Origin: Marsupella aquatica
Taxonomy: Eukaryota > Plantae > Marchantiophyta
DNA: 64,000 bases
NCBI GenBank assembly: GCA_973895155.1
Contig: OZ316892.1
Coordinates: forward strand, 24,251,971 to 24,315,970
Direction of reading: 5' to 3'
Shown here: piece by piece, positions 38,814-52,999 of the stretch
Numbering within the stretch: the stretch's first letter is position 1
How the letters are laid out: every line of letters starts with the position of its first letter
Notes under the pieces: model-generated
What the model saw: the letters and a program-made list of their open reading frames with translations, nothing else
The model's database searches: none
Told to the model about the DNA's origin: nothing
Made by a program: the position numbers and the translations under genes

Positions 38814-39103
38814 ATCGGAGGTTCACTCCACAAAAATGGCACATCACATGCAATAAAGGATAGCTAGGATCATTTTATTGGTTCTAAAGGAAGACTTAAG
38901 AATTTTCTTAGAAGAACAATAGGGTCTTTTAAATCCAATTTTGATACTTATACAACATGAGTGTCTTCTTAATCAATTCTTTAAATATTCAAAGAATACT
39001 CTAACTTCATAGGGGTTTAAAACTAAATATTTTCTCACATTTTAGGGGTCGGAGGCCTGAAGCGTCACAGGTGATGGGGGCTCCATGTAGTGAGACCCCC
39101 AAG
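38814..39103. mobile_element. Degenerate internal-deletion derivative of element A ends
   Basis: Left ggcacatcac...gaagacttaagaa...gaacaataggg matches element A at 16667-16750; right caggtgatggggg...tagtgagacccccaag matches 27207-27246; no clean TSD. Confidence 0.7.
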
Positions 39104-39432
39104 CATTGCAATACACCCTTGGCTTTTCCATGCCATGTGCCCTTGAGACTTGTCACCCCTATACCCAATCGAAAGTCTTGCCTTGCTTGCACCCTACCAC
39201 CCCATGAAATGAATAAATTCCAGGGTGTTACCACCCCTAAATGATTTAAATGCATCTTCACTGCATCTATAACCTACATAATTAATTAGAACCAGCGCAA
39301 CAATTTCTTTCCAATGATCCTAGCCCTACACATGACCTGAGATCATACTTTTGAAAAACTAACCTAATCGTTATGGTTGTCACCTCAAAATTTTGTGGCC
39401 TAGCTAAAATGAACTTCTTCCTACCCTCTCAC

Positions 39433-39590
39433 TTTTTTTTTTCAAAACGCCCCCCACGGGGGGAGGACAACCAGGGGGCAAAGGCCGCCCAGGAGGAAAA
39501 CAAGCTGGGGCCAGCGGCGACAGAAGGCCAAAACCACCAAACAAAACAAGGCCTAGTCAGGCCAGGGAACCCGGAGAAACCACCCGCAGG
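39433..39590 (-). mobile_element. Probable 5'-truncated LINE 3' end
   Basis: A T10 tract followed by an A/C/G-rich segment of similar composition to the 3' UTR of the 28865 LINE; no TSD found. Confidence 0.4.
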
Positions 39591-42500
39591 TGTCTTGCTC
39601 CACATGCCTGCTGTATGTGTCTCTAATACGGCTCTCCTTATAATTCATCCAGCCCTGTAGAGAAGTTGCATTGCTACCAGTATAACCTATATCTTGAGTC
39701 TTAAGCTTCCTCTGAACAGTCCTAATTTCCTTGCCAATGGCAGGTATCTCAAAATCCCTCTCTTTAAAACCTCTCACCTACCAAGCACTCATTGAAAAAA
39801 CATGCACCATCGTTCTCAAGGACTCCTACACTTCACAAAACAATCAAAAAATCATGATCAGAGCAACTCATATCTTATTTTCTTCAGTACTTCAAAAGAA
39901 CACAATAAAAAAGTGTCAATTGTTTAATCTCATGATTATCAATCTAACCTGAGGAATCCTTCTTGCAATCCTTCAACTAAAATTGCTAATTTCTAGTCTA
40001 AGGCAGCAATCAACAAATTTGTTCTAAATGCTTACATTTCCATAAAATCCCCAAAAAACTAATAGATCATCACAAATTCCCCCAAATGTTTGTTGCCGAC
40101 AGTCACCCTCTGATACCAAATGTTGAATATAAATATTGCATATGGTAACATCACAAAAACCAGTGTTCAACTCAACCATAGACACAAACTGATTTAAGTA
40201 CATGGTTCTCCCCATTTGAGCTACATCCACGGTTGAGAATAAAATATCCAACTTAATTAACACCAACATGCAATGCAAACATTTAACTTTTTCTTCTGTC
40301 TATCTCTTTGTTTCAATTTGTTTAGCAAAGCAAAGATACTAGTGACACCAGCCAACTTGTCAACTTTGACCTTTTTCTCTATCTATCTCTACTTTTGAGT
40401 TCTTAGCAAGTTTAGCAAAGCAAAGAAGCACCGACACCAGCCCAACTTGCGAACTTTGAATTTTTCTCTCTACCAGTGTGGAGTATATCTGACGTCTACC
40501 GAGATCACACTCTATACCGAGTTTCTTTGTTAGAAAAGCGCAAGTGGCCTATCTAATATTATTCTAATTCTGATTGATACATATGATTGAGGAGTAAAAT
40601 CTCTTTAGACAATCAATTGGCTTCGATGGTAAGCTGAAGAATGGTGAGAATTCCGACAAACCACTGCTGGAAGTCCCAGAAAGGTTATCACGGTACATTC
40701 TAGAAGAAAGTGAACCCGTAATCAGCTTGAATTGTTTTTCGTAAACGGTTTCGTGGCAGTCCAACTTGTTAGAAAGAAGGCTTCAAAAGTCACTTTTTGT
40801 GCCCAAGCACGGGAAGCGTGACTCTTCATGGTGACTTGGATGTCAGATGCACGGGTGAGGTTTTGCACAAAAGCAGAGTGGAGGACACTTCTAAAGATGA
40901 CTGGAGACAAAAATCTTTGATCTTTTGAAATGAAATGCAAATTCTTTGAATGAAGGGACCAAAATTTGGAAATGTTCGGACTACCCTTGTTTTGATGTTT
41001 GCCATAAAGGATTGGTAGACATGATGGGCCAGCCTGATGAGACCCCAATTTCTTGTAAAGCCAATTGCAAAGGGTTTCCAATCATTATACCATCCAGATC
41101 ACAGATGATCTGCGAGAGAATCAAGAGAAACAATGGCCCACTCCTTCTATAAGACCCTCACCAGAAAACGATGAAATGGATTCACGAAGTTGGTTCGAAA
41201 AGCAAAAGAGATGAAGTTGATCGTAGGATAACACTATGAAGATTTATTTTACAATATTTTGCACATGTCAGCCATGCAGAACATTCTTACTGTAGCAGTT
41301 CATGTGCAATTAATTTTGCCGTCTGAAGCCGAGCGAGACACGAAAATATTGTAAATTTATAAACAGCAAATTATAGAAGTTAGAGAAAAACATTGTTATT
41401 CTTTATTATTGAATCGCCCCAACTTTACTCCGAGTCGAGCATTCGCGCACTAGAAACCCAGTCACCACGAAATGCAAACTGTCGACGCCCCTGTTGCTCA
41501 TCGAACGCTTTACCTTCACGCGAGTTCGATTTCCTCACTCCTTACACGTGAGTACGAACCAGTGATCTACATGGGTGATCTAGTCAGGTCAGCTAGCTGT
41601 CAGGCATTCGAGTCGTATCATCCCGCTAATTGAAAATTGCATCTTTCCTTTGTGATCTTATAATTTTCGTTAAGGGTCCTTAGCCAATCCTGTGGAACTT
41701 TCCTTATATATCTGGTAACTGAGAACCACCAGCGTATATGACTCCATGAAAGACTTCGAGACTGAACGTGCAGTGTGTCCAAGTTACAGACTTGTTTGAA
41801 TGCTCGATGCCTAGTGCTGACAGGTCCTGAGCATCGTATAAGAAAAGGACAATGTCCTAAACGAGGAGTCCAGCAAGATAAATGGGAAGTCCCAGACCAG
41901 TGATTTGAACAGACTGATGAGGATTGCTAAGACCTACCACTCCTCATAGCGATAGCAAACCCCGTATGCACAGTACTACCACAGCTGTAGTTCTTGGTCA
42001 CTTGATTTGTGGAGGAGAGCCTAGTCAATATATGTACTATGGATCCCCTCTGGCTGATTTGATTTCAATGACAGACATTGAAACGATAGCAGAGAATGAT
42101 GGAAAATTAGCCTTTACAATGTGAAACCTGAATGTATTCAAGAATGTTATTTTGTCCGACGCGCGTGGTTCTTCACAACATGGCTTCATGGCCCTTGTTT
42201 GTGCACCTGTGATTTACCGTTTTGTAGCGTTTAGTTACTTGAAACCCAATTCAGACAAATTCTTTTCTTCGCAGCTGCTTTGCCTTCCTGAAATTTAAGT
42301 CCACGAGATAGCCTTGGTATGGTTCAATCCTTTCCTATTTTGATCACTTTCCTATTTTGATCCTTTCCTATTTGGAACTACACCAGTAGTGGAGTGAAGA
42401 ACAGCGAATCTCGGAGGGTGGAGGAAACCGAAAAGAAAACGAACAAAATAAGATTTCTTGCACGATGCGAATCTTAGTCCCTGAAGGAAACGAAAAGAAA

Positions 42501-44649
42501 AAACAGCAAAACAAATCCCTTTGCAGGCTGTCAATCTGGACGATAGGAAACTAAAGTAAAAAATTAATTTCTTTCGAGAGTGCTAGCTTCAATCAACTTA
42601 GCCTTTGTTTTCTGGAGAGACGTCTGGGAGTGGGAGAGGTAGGTTGTTGTGTCCAACGATTCGATCCTGAGAGTTTGGCCAACCAGATCACGTGGGGAGA
42701 CAGGATAGCCTTGCAGCTGAAACCAATAATAATACAATGCGCATCGCTCGTTGCTCGGCTCGTTGCGGGAACTCTCTATATTGTTGTTGTTGCTGAGGCG
42801 GTGTATATTTTCCTTCCCAAGTAGAAGATACTGATGGGCAAACCCCCTTGCAGCTGTCGATCTTGCTGTTGAAGGGGACATAGGCATTTGGGCATCCCTA
42901 CATCTTGATCGAACAGACGGTCAGGTCTTGCCGATGCCACAACGTAACGCATGCCTTCTCCCTGCGACGGTTAGCCGTGCATATAAATATGTATATCCTT
43001 GGTAGCCATATCGTTCAGGAGCAGAGGTGGGAAAAGTCAGCCAATCTGCAAACGGGTATTACTGAGGCTGAGGCTTAGGAGATCGTAAATCCTGTTGTGG
43101 ATGTCGCCGCTTGGGAGCGATGGGAGCTGCGGCAAGATCAGGATCTTCATCGAAAGGATTGGAGGTGACTGGAGACGTCATGGAAGCGGTGAACTGCAAC
43201 AGGTTGACTGACTGAAGCAACTGCTGGAGATTGAGACGCACCACCCTCAGAGGTATCACCACTCAACAAGCCCACACTCATTTCCCTCTGCTTGGGTGTA
43301 ATAATCAAGTTTGAGAGTTGCGGTGGGGAAGCTGGGCACCCGGCCAATTATGTTCAGAACTTTTTGTATCGCGCAGGTCGGTCCGTTGATGTCTTGGAAG
43401 ACAATACAGAATCCCCCTCTGATGCTTCTTCAGAATTACACCTGCAGGGGTTGATGGACAACTTGGTGCAATGGCATCATACTTCGGAAGTACTCGTTGC
43501 AATTCATTTAAAGCAAGGCCCTGTCGAAGCAGCTCTGCATCCGAAGTGGTATTGGCATGCTGCATCACGCAGCGCTCTGCTGATTGGTCCGAGTTTGATC
43601 CACCAAGCCCATGGTGACCTTGTCGACGATAGCCTCGTTATCGGATAAGGTGAGTGCATTCAACATTTAGAAAACTACGTCGATTAGGTCATTCCTTTCA
43701 TTTCAACGTAAATGGATATCATCTGAGAGTATGTAAACAAGCTCGACAACTGGACCGTTCAACTGGAGCGAGCTGGGTATTCTTCACCGAGACCACATGA
43801 TAGTAGCAATAGCTACAGAATCTCAAACCATAAGTTTGAATGAATGAAAGTGTTCGAAGTGGTGGTGTTTTCTTCTCTCCTTCTGAACGGAAGCTTTACT
43901 GAAAAGTAAAAGAAACCAGGAAGAAGTGGAGCTTTCTGCGCTAAAGGCATCCCATCTCTCCCGTGGCTAATGCTCCAACTTGTTTATTCATGGTGGAGCA
44001 GAAAGTGACGACTGGCGAAGCTCGGTCCCAGTCCCGTCCCACGATGTATGTTTGTCCAGTTAGCTACTGGATCGAACAACCAGGCTACCCACCCTTGTAC
44101 ACTGGGACCATGCACGGGACCATGCACGGGACCATGCACGTGCATCCTGGTAGTAGCTATAACTCTTTGGAGAGCATAATCTAGTGTCCATGCCAGTAGC
44201 TTGTCACGTTTGACTATGCACTTACAGACATTTATAGTCATTATTTCATTCATTGTTTTTTTAACTAGTGTCTATCCATCAAGAACTCCAACTGACACCC
44301 TCAAACTGTACCAAGTCTTAAAGACTGCCCCACACGGACAAACTGAGACAAATGGAGCACATGGTTTTACAATTCATACCTGAGAAGCTAAACCAATGTT
44401 GAACATGGATTACCGTACCTACTCTCCCAAGCATAGATGGATCACATAGTTCAATAGTACATATCTAGGAAACTCAACCAATGTTGAATATGGAGTACCA
44501 CGGATATTTTCCCAAGCTTAGATGGAGCAATTCAACAGTACATATCTGAAAAACTCAACCTATGTTGGGCAATGAGTATCATCAAGTCAATTTTTTCATC
44601 CATAGATAATTTACACACTTCAACAATACATAACTAAGATACTAAACTT

Positions 44650-45720
44650 ATTCATCAATTAATATATTTTATTTATTTTGTCAAATATTTATGAAATATA
44701 AATATCAAAAATATGAAAAAAAAAATTAATTTCTTTAATTAATATTATATTTATTTTTATAAATATTATTTATATTTTTAAAGATTATTAATAATTATTG
44801 AATATGAAAAATTTATATTATATTAATTTAATATAATATTAATTTTTAAAATATATTATTATTTTTATTTAATTATTATAATATAATATTATAATTTTTC
44901 ATCATTATAATATATATTTCTTTTTAAATTATATTTTAATTTATTATATTAATATTTTTATTTTTTATGTTTTAATTAAATTATATATTTTAATTTATAA
45001 TTATTAAATTTCTTAATTAAAATAAAATTTATATTATATAAATTATATATATAATTTAAATTTATTTATAAATAGTAATAATATTTTATAAAATCAAATT
45101 ATATATATATATAAATTTATAATTAAATAAAATATTTTTAAAAATTATTTAATATTTATTAAAAAATTATTTTAAAAAAATTATTTACAAAAACAAATTC
45201 ATCATATATATATATAATTATAATTTCTTTTTTATATATATAAAATATAAAATTAAAAAATAAAACATTTTATTTAAATTTAAATGTTATAAATTATATA
45301 TTTAAAATTATTTGATTAATTTCTAATTTTTCTTTTCAATTTATTTTAGTAATATTATTTATATTAATAACAATCAATTATTATTAAAATAATATCAATA
45401 TTAAATAATATCAATATAAAATAGATATTATTTATATATAATAAATAAATTATATTATTAATCTAATTTATGTTTATCATTGTTTCATATTTTGTTTGAA
45501 CATGTTTCATTCAAATATTAATAAAGAGATTTAGTTTTTTTTGAAGATTTTAAATTCTTTTAAATATATTTATATTTCACTAATATAATATTAATAATAT
45601 TTATATATAATATTATTTAAGGAGTTACTTTTGTGTTTAACATGATTTGAATGTATTGCTTAAACATATTTCATTTAAATAATAATAAGAAAATATATTT
45701 GCTTGGAGAGTTTGATGATT
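44650..45720. repeat. Extremely AT-rich tract flanked by decaying tandem repeats
   Basis: Almost no G or C over about 1 kb; ~80-bp units at 44380-44600 and ttcattcaagct-type units at 45506-45850. Confidence 0.8.
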
Positions 45721-47339
45721 AATTACATTTATATTTCACTGTTTGAATATTTTTGGTTGGATTCTATTTCATTCAAGCTATGGTAAGAGATTTTATACTA
45801 AGAGGATTTATTTTGCTTAGATATCACTTCATTCAAGCTTTGGTAAGAGGGTTCCTATCCACAAATACGGGGACAAATACTAAAGAAACTACTCTCTCAC
45901 CTTTGAGTGGTAAGGGAGTCCATTGCATGTAGCCAAGATATTTAGAGACAAATTAAAGTTGAGAAGACTCACTTCACAATAAAAATCACAAGTTAGGTAT
46001 AGTATTTGCAAATATGAACTACTTTTGTTGCATACCCTGTTATAGGTCCTTTTCAAAATTTAAGACTTCACAAGGTGTCACCTCATCATGGCGTGATACA
46101 AACAAGAACAAATTTGTTTTCAAATTAAAATAACTACTTTTTTCGTGTTTGTGGCAAGTTCTTAATAAAATTTAGGGCACCATGCCATAAAACATAATGT
46201 AATGTTATTTGACATAGCCGTTTTAGTAATCTTAACCAACTCTGCCCATCCTGGTTCGCTATTGAGAGAGTGCATCAGGACTTAGAACCTGGATCTGAAT
46301 CAAGCACAGGAGCATTATATGTATTACAGAAGTGTTGCGCAACGCTAGCTGGTCGAGTGGTAGTGCTGCTGCATTGCCGATTTATGATCAGCATGCATTT
46401 TAGTCTATTGATCAGGGACTGAATCAGGAATGAATAGAATTGTGCTCACAATAACTAGCCTAGCTCTACCTTAAATAGTGAACAAGGGTACCAATCCAGA
46501 CTATGAAGCTTATCCATGTTTGAGGAATGATAATTGCTTTGTTTGAGATTTACATGGAAAGACTTCACAAATCTAGAAACTCAAAAATTGTGCTAGACCA
46601 ATTTAGACTATTGGTCACAACCAAATCCCCTACCTTCACAAATTCAGAGGGAAGATTTGAAGGGCTGAGTCGATCTGTTAATCAGAGGGAAGATTTGAAG
46701 GGCTCAGTCGATCAAATAGCAACTGCAATTCATGCATATGATGCATGCACTCTTACAGGTATTATCACACCTTAGAACCCTCAATGTCATTGAGTTATGC
46801 GTATTGAATGTTGCATGTATCATTGCAACTTAACATTTTAAATGTATTCTGAATTTAAGCTTCCATATCATGGGAAATTAAAGGATCGCAGAGAGTTGAG
46901 TTGATTTTAATTAGTAGCAACTTATTTCAAATGGCAATTTTTCAGAGGACACATGCAGACTTATATATGTCCATTTTCGACAATCTCATCAAACAAACAT
47001 TTTGGAGTTATGCGTAAAACCATATTATTTGGAATCTAAATTGTCTGGTTACTAGTCAACTGATCGAGATGGTCATCATTAAATTTAGGTCACCAACTTT
47101 TCACATTTCATAACCTTGGCTTCAATTTATGATCCAATATTAATGAACCATTTTGATGTCAATAATCTTTGAGACGTTCTTTGATCATTGCAAGCATAAT
47201 GTATGAGCTTTGGTAAATAGCAAGACAGAGAAGAGGGTGTCATGAAATTAATGAAAGTATATTTAGGTCTAGAGGACTTGGAAGCTCTTTACTATTACTT
47301 TTAAACTTTAAAACATTTGAGATTTTATTCTGCACATAA

Positions 47340-47800
47340 GTATTGAATACTTTTGTCTTGCCCTCGCATGGTTTATGAATCGCATGGTTTCTGATTCATA
47401 AACAAGTTCTATTGATTCAATTGCATGGTTTCTGATTCATAAACAAGTTCTATTGATTCATGTAGTAACTATTAAATATTTTTGTCTTGCCCTAGCATGG
47501 TTTTTGATTCATAAACAAGTTCTATACAATCTGATTGATTCATGTGATTCAAATTTGACTTTTGTAGAATCAAATTTGAGATTGGTCATTATTTAACATG
47601 TATATATCATTATTATTTAATCTTAGTATCTATTAAAACTACTTAATATTGTAGACCATATAAATCATTATTTTTCAATCTTAACATCTATTAAAACTAG
47701 AAACACAGAGTAGATAGGGGTTAATATTTATTAAAACTAAAACACAAAGTAGATAGGGGTTAGTATCTATTAAAACTAAAAACACAAAAGAGATAAGGGG
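47340..47800. repeat. Short tandem repeats (gcatggtttctgattcataaacaagttcta x3; ttaaaact...agatagggg x3)
   Basis: Directly visible repeated units. Confidence 0.75.
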
Positions 47801-50652
47801 TCCTGGAACTATTTCATGTAATTTTAGCCAAGCCTCTTAGCCCAAAACCCATACAAGCCTCACCTTTTAATTAAGATGACTACTCTAGAGGAAGTGTAAG
47901 AATGCTGTTAAGGTAACAGGGGTAATGTGCATTGTTAAGAAAGATTTCTCTTTGAAGAATTCTGGTTCGTAATTACAATTGGAGATCACATTTTCAGAAA
48001 CAACATTATCCATGGATCACATTTTAATGATCCATTTTAGGGCTCGCATCATAAGTTAATGATTATGAGTACCCTAAACCCGGTTCGGCGCCATCTGTTT
48101 TTTGGCTGTTTGATATAAATAAAAAATTTCGTTTTGTATCTACCCGGTAACTAGAGAAGGACTATTTTTTAATGATCACGTCAACCAAAGTGGCCAAAAT
48201 AGTAATCACTTTGATGGAAGTGTAATTATCGCTAGAACAAACTAGAAAACGACAGAATTTCTGAGTGTTTAGCTGATATTTGCTATACTCATCGTCGCCA
48301 TTTGTTCAGCGATGTCGACAACTCATTAAACTCTTCAGACATTTGAGAGAGCTTTCGTACGTGCTAAAATGTTATGATGATGAACCTGAAACCTTCGGGT
48401 AAACAGCACAACACGGACTGATGTGTCAGCAACGCGAAAGTACTATATTCATTGCACAGACAAGATATGAAATTCGCAACACAAAAAAGGTTTGGGGCTG
48501 AATTTGATCGAATGCGAGAGAGAACATTCCCGACGAGTTGCTCAGCGCGCTGAAAATTCCCATGCTATTATGTGTGACTTTGCCAATCACCTGTATCGTT
48601 CGTATTACTGTACAAAGTATACTAACTGATCCTGACATTCCGTACTGCTCAATTTCGACAACATTGGCACTAACAGTCTGTGTGAGTGTATGCACACCTC
48701 ATACATTCAACCAAATTTCCATGAATGTCAATACATGACGCTACTCACTCCTGGCGTATTGTGCACCTTCCAGTTGCTGAGTGGTGCATACCCGGAAACA
48801 TGAACGAACAAATATTCACGCCACCATAGCCGGTCTCTCATCAAGAAAACTGCAATTTATTTTAACTGACATTCGGTGTTGTAAAATAAAATTAGAAACC
48901 AGTGTTTTGAATCTAGGATTCGTTGCACTATTCAGACAAGAGAGATATCTGAAACTGTGCCCAATTACCATACAATCAGGGCGTTCAGCCACAAACTGCA
49001 TTTCTAGTACTCTCACTGGGTTAAAAAATTTACTCGTTGAGCTGATTGCGGAAGATGGAGCATGTGTAAAAGCGTTTTCCTTGGTTTGCCTGAAACATGT
49101 TCCTGTGCAGCCCAAGAGATGAGCCCAAAGTATGAGTCGGATTACAATACAGCACGGAGGAATACCTCCCTTCAATGTCAATGACAACAGGCTCCATTGT
49201 TCAAACCGTCACTCTTCATTAACTTCTCATACTTTCGATCCAGGAACGCACGAGATAGATATGGACCCTTAGTCCGTCATGTTGTAAGGCAGACATACTT
49301 CAAAATGTACAGCTGACTTTTCGCTTTCGGTCGAGTCAAACCGAAGCAAACATATGATGAGTTAGGAACACAGCACTACCTTACATCCAATGAGAACTCA
49401 ACAGATCAGATGTAAATTTCTGCAGACTACTGATTACGATACACAATACATGAACTATAAAGTAACTATTTGAATCACACATTCATGGACTAGAAGATTC
49501 ATAACGAGGAGAATCCGGGATTAACATGGAGTTAAGTTCACCTAAGGAACTCCTTCCACACCAGCATCTTCAAAAGCATCATTAATTCTACAAGACTAGA
49601 GTAATCAACTCGTATTCACAACCAATGACAAGGTTCATTGGAGCGATATACCAACCATCAGATCAGCATGTACAACGCAGTAGTAAACACTATCTTTTAC
49701 TGCTGTGAGCATTGTGCGTTTCTGCCGTAGGATAGCTCCGCGCGCGGTGCTTGAGAGACAGACCGCCGCTCCACGTGTGATACTTCTCTGTGGAACACCA
49801 ACCGCAGCTTACTAAAACCTATCCGCCTACTCCAGGATGAGAATCTGGAAGGGTTACGGATGGATACGAACAATTCAGTTGACGAACAAAAGACCTTTTC
49901 AATCGTAGTGACCTATACTACTACGAAGTTTGGGAGAGAAAAACCTTCATACAGTCCACAGTCCCTTCATACACAGCTCTACGATACAACCAATTCAAAA
50001 TTTACCTGGCGATGCATGCTGGGATGGCAGCTCTCTCGAGAAAGATCATCGCATTCGGAGGCGTACCCACCAACCACAAATCCTCCACAGGAAATCGTGC
50101 AATAAACTTTCGAACAGATTCATACAGTGCAACTTTCCCTCAAGTGCAGTACCCGGCATAGCTGGTCACGACATGGAGGAACAGTTCACATCATGTATCG
50201 CGGCTACATTGCACAAATGAGCTTTTCGAGAGCTTGACAAGTCATCCAAAGGCGGTTCCAACCCTAGCTACCGGCGCACGATAACCATAGGAGCAGTAGA
50301 GCGTCGGACGAGGATACCACAACCATGGCAACTCAAGCCCGCGACGGTAGCACTTTAAGCAGACAAATGACATAAGACCTTCACACTCGGAGCTGTCTGG
50401 CAAATCGCTGTCAGTCACCTTACCATTCCCGATACCAAATGAAGTTCAGAGCTAAGTATCCATCAAACCACCACAAAAGAAAGATAGAATGCAAAAGTGA
50501 CGCACCACTAACTCAGCATGATTGAGCTCTGAACACGTAGTCTCGAACTTACCAACAGCTTCCAAGTTGAGAGATGCGAGCTCTCCAAAGTCCAACGGTG
50601 GTAAATCGACGCTTTAGCGAGGTAGTCAGTTCTACAGTGAGACACCGAAGGC

Positions 50653-50759
50653 GGCAGACGAAGCGAGAGGGTACAGCCCGCTGGTCAACAATTGTCAGCA
50701 GGGCCAGTTAACCCCGAGAACCTGATGGAGAGGGGCTGTACTCTCTCTCTTCCACTGCC
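50653..50759 (-). ncRNA. MIR529: miR529 precursor hairpin; mature 5p approx. 50733-50753 (GGAAGAGAGAGAGUACAGCCC)
   Basis: GAAGAGAGAGAGUACAGCCC is the miR529 family core. It pairs with GGGCUGUACCCUCUCGCUUC (2 internal mismatches), and the stem is closed by GGCAG/CUGCC. Confidence 0.9.
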
Positions 50760-52488
50760 ATCATCGATGTGAGATAAGGGAAACCACGCGAAAGCTGTAG
50801 CTTGAATAGCAGGCTCACGAACGTCCCGATGCTGTGTCCGCAAAGAGATTTCCATAGCAGTGCCAGGACGCAGAACGATACGGAGATTCACATTCCATAC
50901 CTGAGCAAATTCCTGGCAGATGAGTGGCAGAGGGGGATACGCGTACCCAGTATACAGAATCCGGCCGCGCAAGATCGCGAAACTCCACACTGCGTAGGTA
51001 AGTAGCGAATTATCGATGTAGGTGATTGATTTCACTCCGACGATAGTATGTCAACTGACTTCAAAAGATGTAAGAGGTAGAATGGTTCAGTTTACGTCTC
51101 GAGGAGGCTGCCAGGATGTGGAGACAAAATCTGAATTCGTCAAGTGCTAACGCCAGCGAGCTCCTGTCTCCACATATACAGTAGATTGTTAAGTATCTTG
51201 TGAATCAGATGGCCTTCTGCCTTCCAGATTAGAGACTCGACTAATCGGCTGCTATCTAAACCTACTGACTGTACAGAAGTTCCGACCTCGCCGGCTCTCC
51301 ACTACTACTCTTGACCATGTCTCTCTGTCTCTTGGGTGCCGTCCTCCACACACTGCGGGCTGACTGAGTACCCTCTGCTTCTAGCTCTTCGTGACTCCAT
51401 TATTGTGTTGTAAACCTGGTGAACATGCTAATCGAAAAGTAACCCTCAATCGGAGTGCCAAATTAGTATCTCTGTATGAGTTCGCTGTACTTGCAAGGTA
51501 CATATACTATCCGTGTAGGGTCAAAGCTCAAACAAAGCAGCTGCAGGGGTGGACCCGAAGGGCCGCAGGTTTTAGGAAGATGACGTAACTAACTCGGCCA
51601 GACAAACGAAAGATGAAGACTGAAAGGGAACTCTGCAAAAATAGCAAGAGACATGAGAATAATAATAGTCACCTATACAATCAATGAGCCCGGCCGGCGC
51701 GGAGTTAATCGTTCGAGCGGATGTCAGCAATCGAGACTCGTCATTATCTGCGGAAGCAAGCAGTAAATGAAAACATCTTACAAGCACAACAGACTTAATA
51801 AATATTCTAGTAGTGGAAGTGGGCATTTGGGTCTAGTGGGTGATTCGATTTTGTATTATTTTGCGTTCGTTGGGTGGCATTTTCCACGCGTTCCTGGACT
51901 GTACGTTAAATATGGCAAGAGCTCGGAATTCCAGGCGATATGCTCTCAAGAGATCATTAGTAAGTTGCCAAAACAGCGGAATGACACACTCGCTCGAAAT
52001 TCAAGGCGAAATACTCTCGAGCAGTCATCGGTGGCGTCGGAGAGTGATTGTGGGCAGATGAACTGTCAACATACCCAAAGCTGAAGAAGACAGCGGCAGC
52101 CATTAATGTCATCTTGACAGAGAATATATTTGGATGTTGCCTGTCGTTTTTTTTTATACGGAAGCTTCTTGGAGTGGCACTCCTTTTTTTAGTTTGACAA
52201 TGTGTATCTTTTTTAGAGACGGAAGCGGGGATCTGGCGACTGTGACCTACCCACCTGCCAGTTGGAATAGACTGGAGATTTACGAGCATTCGCAAAATTG
52301 GCGCTCCGTGTTCAAGCATCCATCGATTATTCCCACATATTCAAAATTTTCCCTTTCTTTCTCAGGTAACTGCAGATTTGGAGGGTAGTGTACTTCAATG
52401 TGAGCATCGTCATTCGTCAAATAGTTCACAAGAGGAACGAGCCACTCAGGCCATCCGTGAGCCCTAAAGGTCATATTCCGGTCTCGAA

Positions 52489-52646
52489 CCTTTGGCTACC
52501 AGGTATTTGTGAGCGTGTACGGAATGTACAACAACATGCATTCTAGAGGTATATACTTAATAGACGCCTTTGGCTACCAGGTATTTGTGAGCGTGTATGG
52601 AATGTACAACAACATGCATTCTAGAGGTATATACTTAATAGACGCC
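52489..52646. repeat. 78-bp tandem duplication
   Basis: cctttggctaccagg...ttaatagacg occurs at 52489 and 52567. Confidence 0.9.
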
Positions 52647-52861
52647 CAAAGAACACTTTCTTGCTTGATAGACCCCCAAAGTTCCTTCATTACCAATCAC
52701 CTCCTTGACAGTTTCTTACAAGTAGTTCTTGTGAGGAGCACTGCTTGGAGAGTTTACCAGGGATTGAACTCAAGTGTGCTGTGATTTCAGCTGGTACACC
52801 GCGATTGCATTGAGATTGCAGTTCGCCCACAGTAAGTACTTATAGCTCCGGATGCAATATT

Positions 52862-52999
52862 GGAGAGATACACTTGATGGACCCACACAATGAAAAGTGT
52901 TACTTGATGACCCCATAAGAGATCCAACCTTTTATGGACCTTAAATCAGCATACAGAAAATTTCATGGGGCCTCAAGGGGTCCATCAAGTATATGACTC
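52862..52999. mobile_element. Small Mutator-like MITE
   Basis: Inverted ends acttgatggaccc/gggtccatcaagt; 9-bp TSD TGCAATATT at 52853 and 53000. Confidence 0.7.

Noticed and set aside
42950-43030. Weak hairpin with slight miR160/miR408 resemblance (tgccttctccctg...caggagcagagg)
   Set aside because: Too many mismatches to any mature miRNA I recall, and poor pairing.
42564-43648. Cluster of 60-120-aa ORFs on both strands
   Set aside because: No recognisable domain or consistent exon chain; possibly UTR or lncRNA, but unsupported.
46772-48077. Possible degenerate TIR pair
   Set aside because: Similarity is weak, the right end is better explained as a local palindrome, and there is no TSD.
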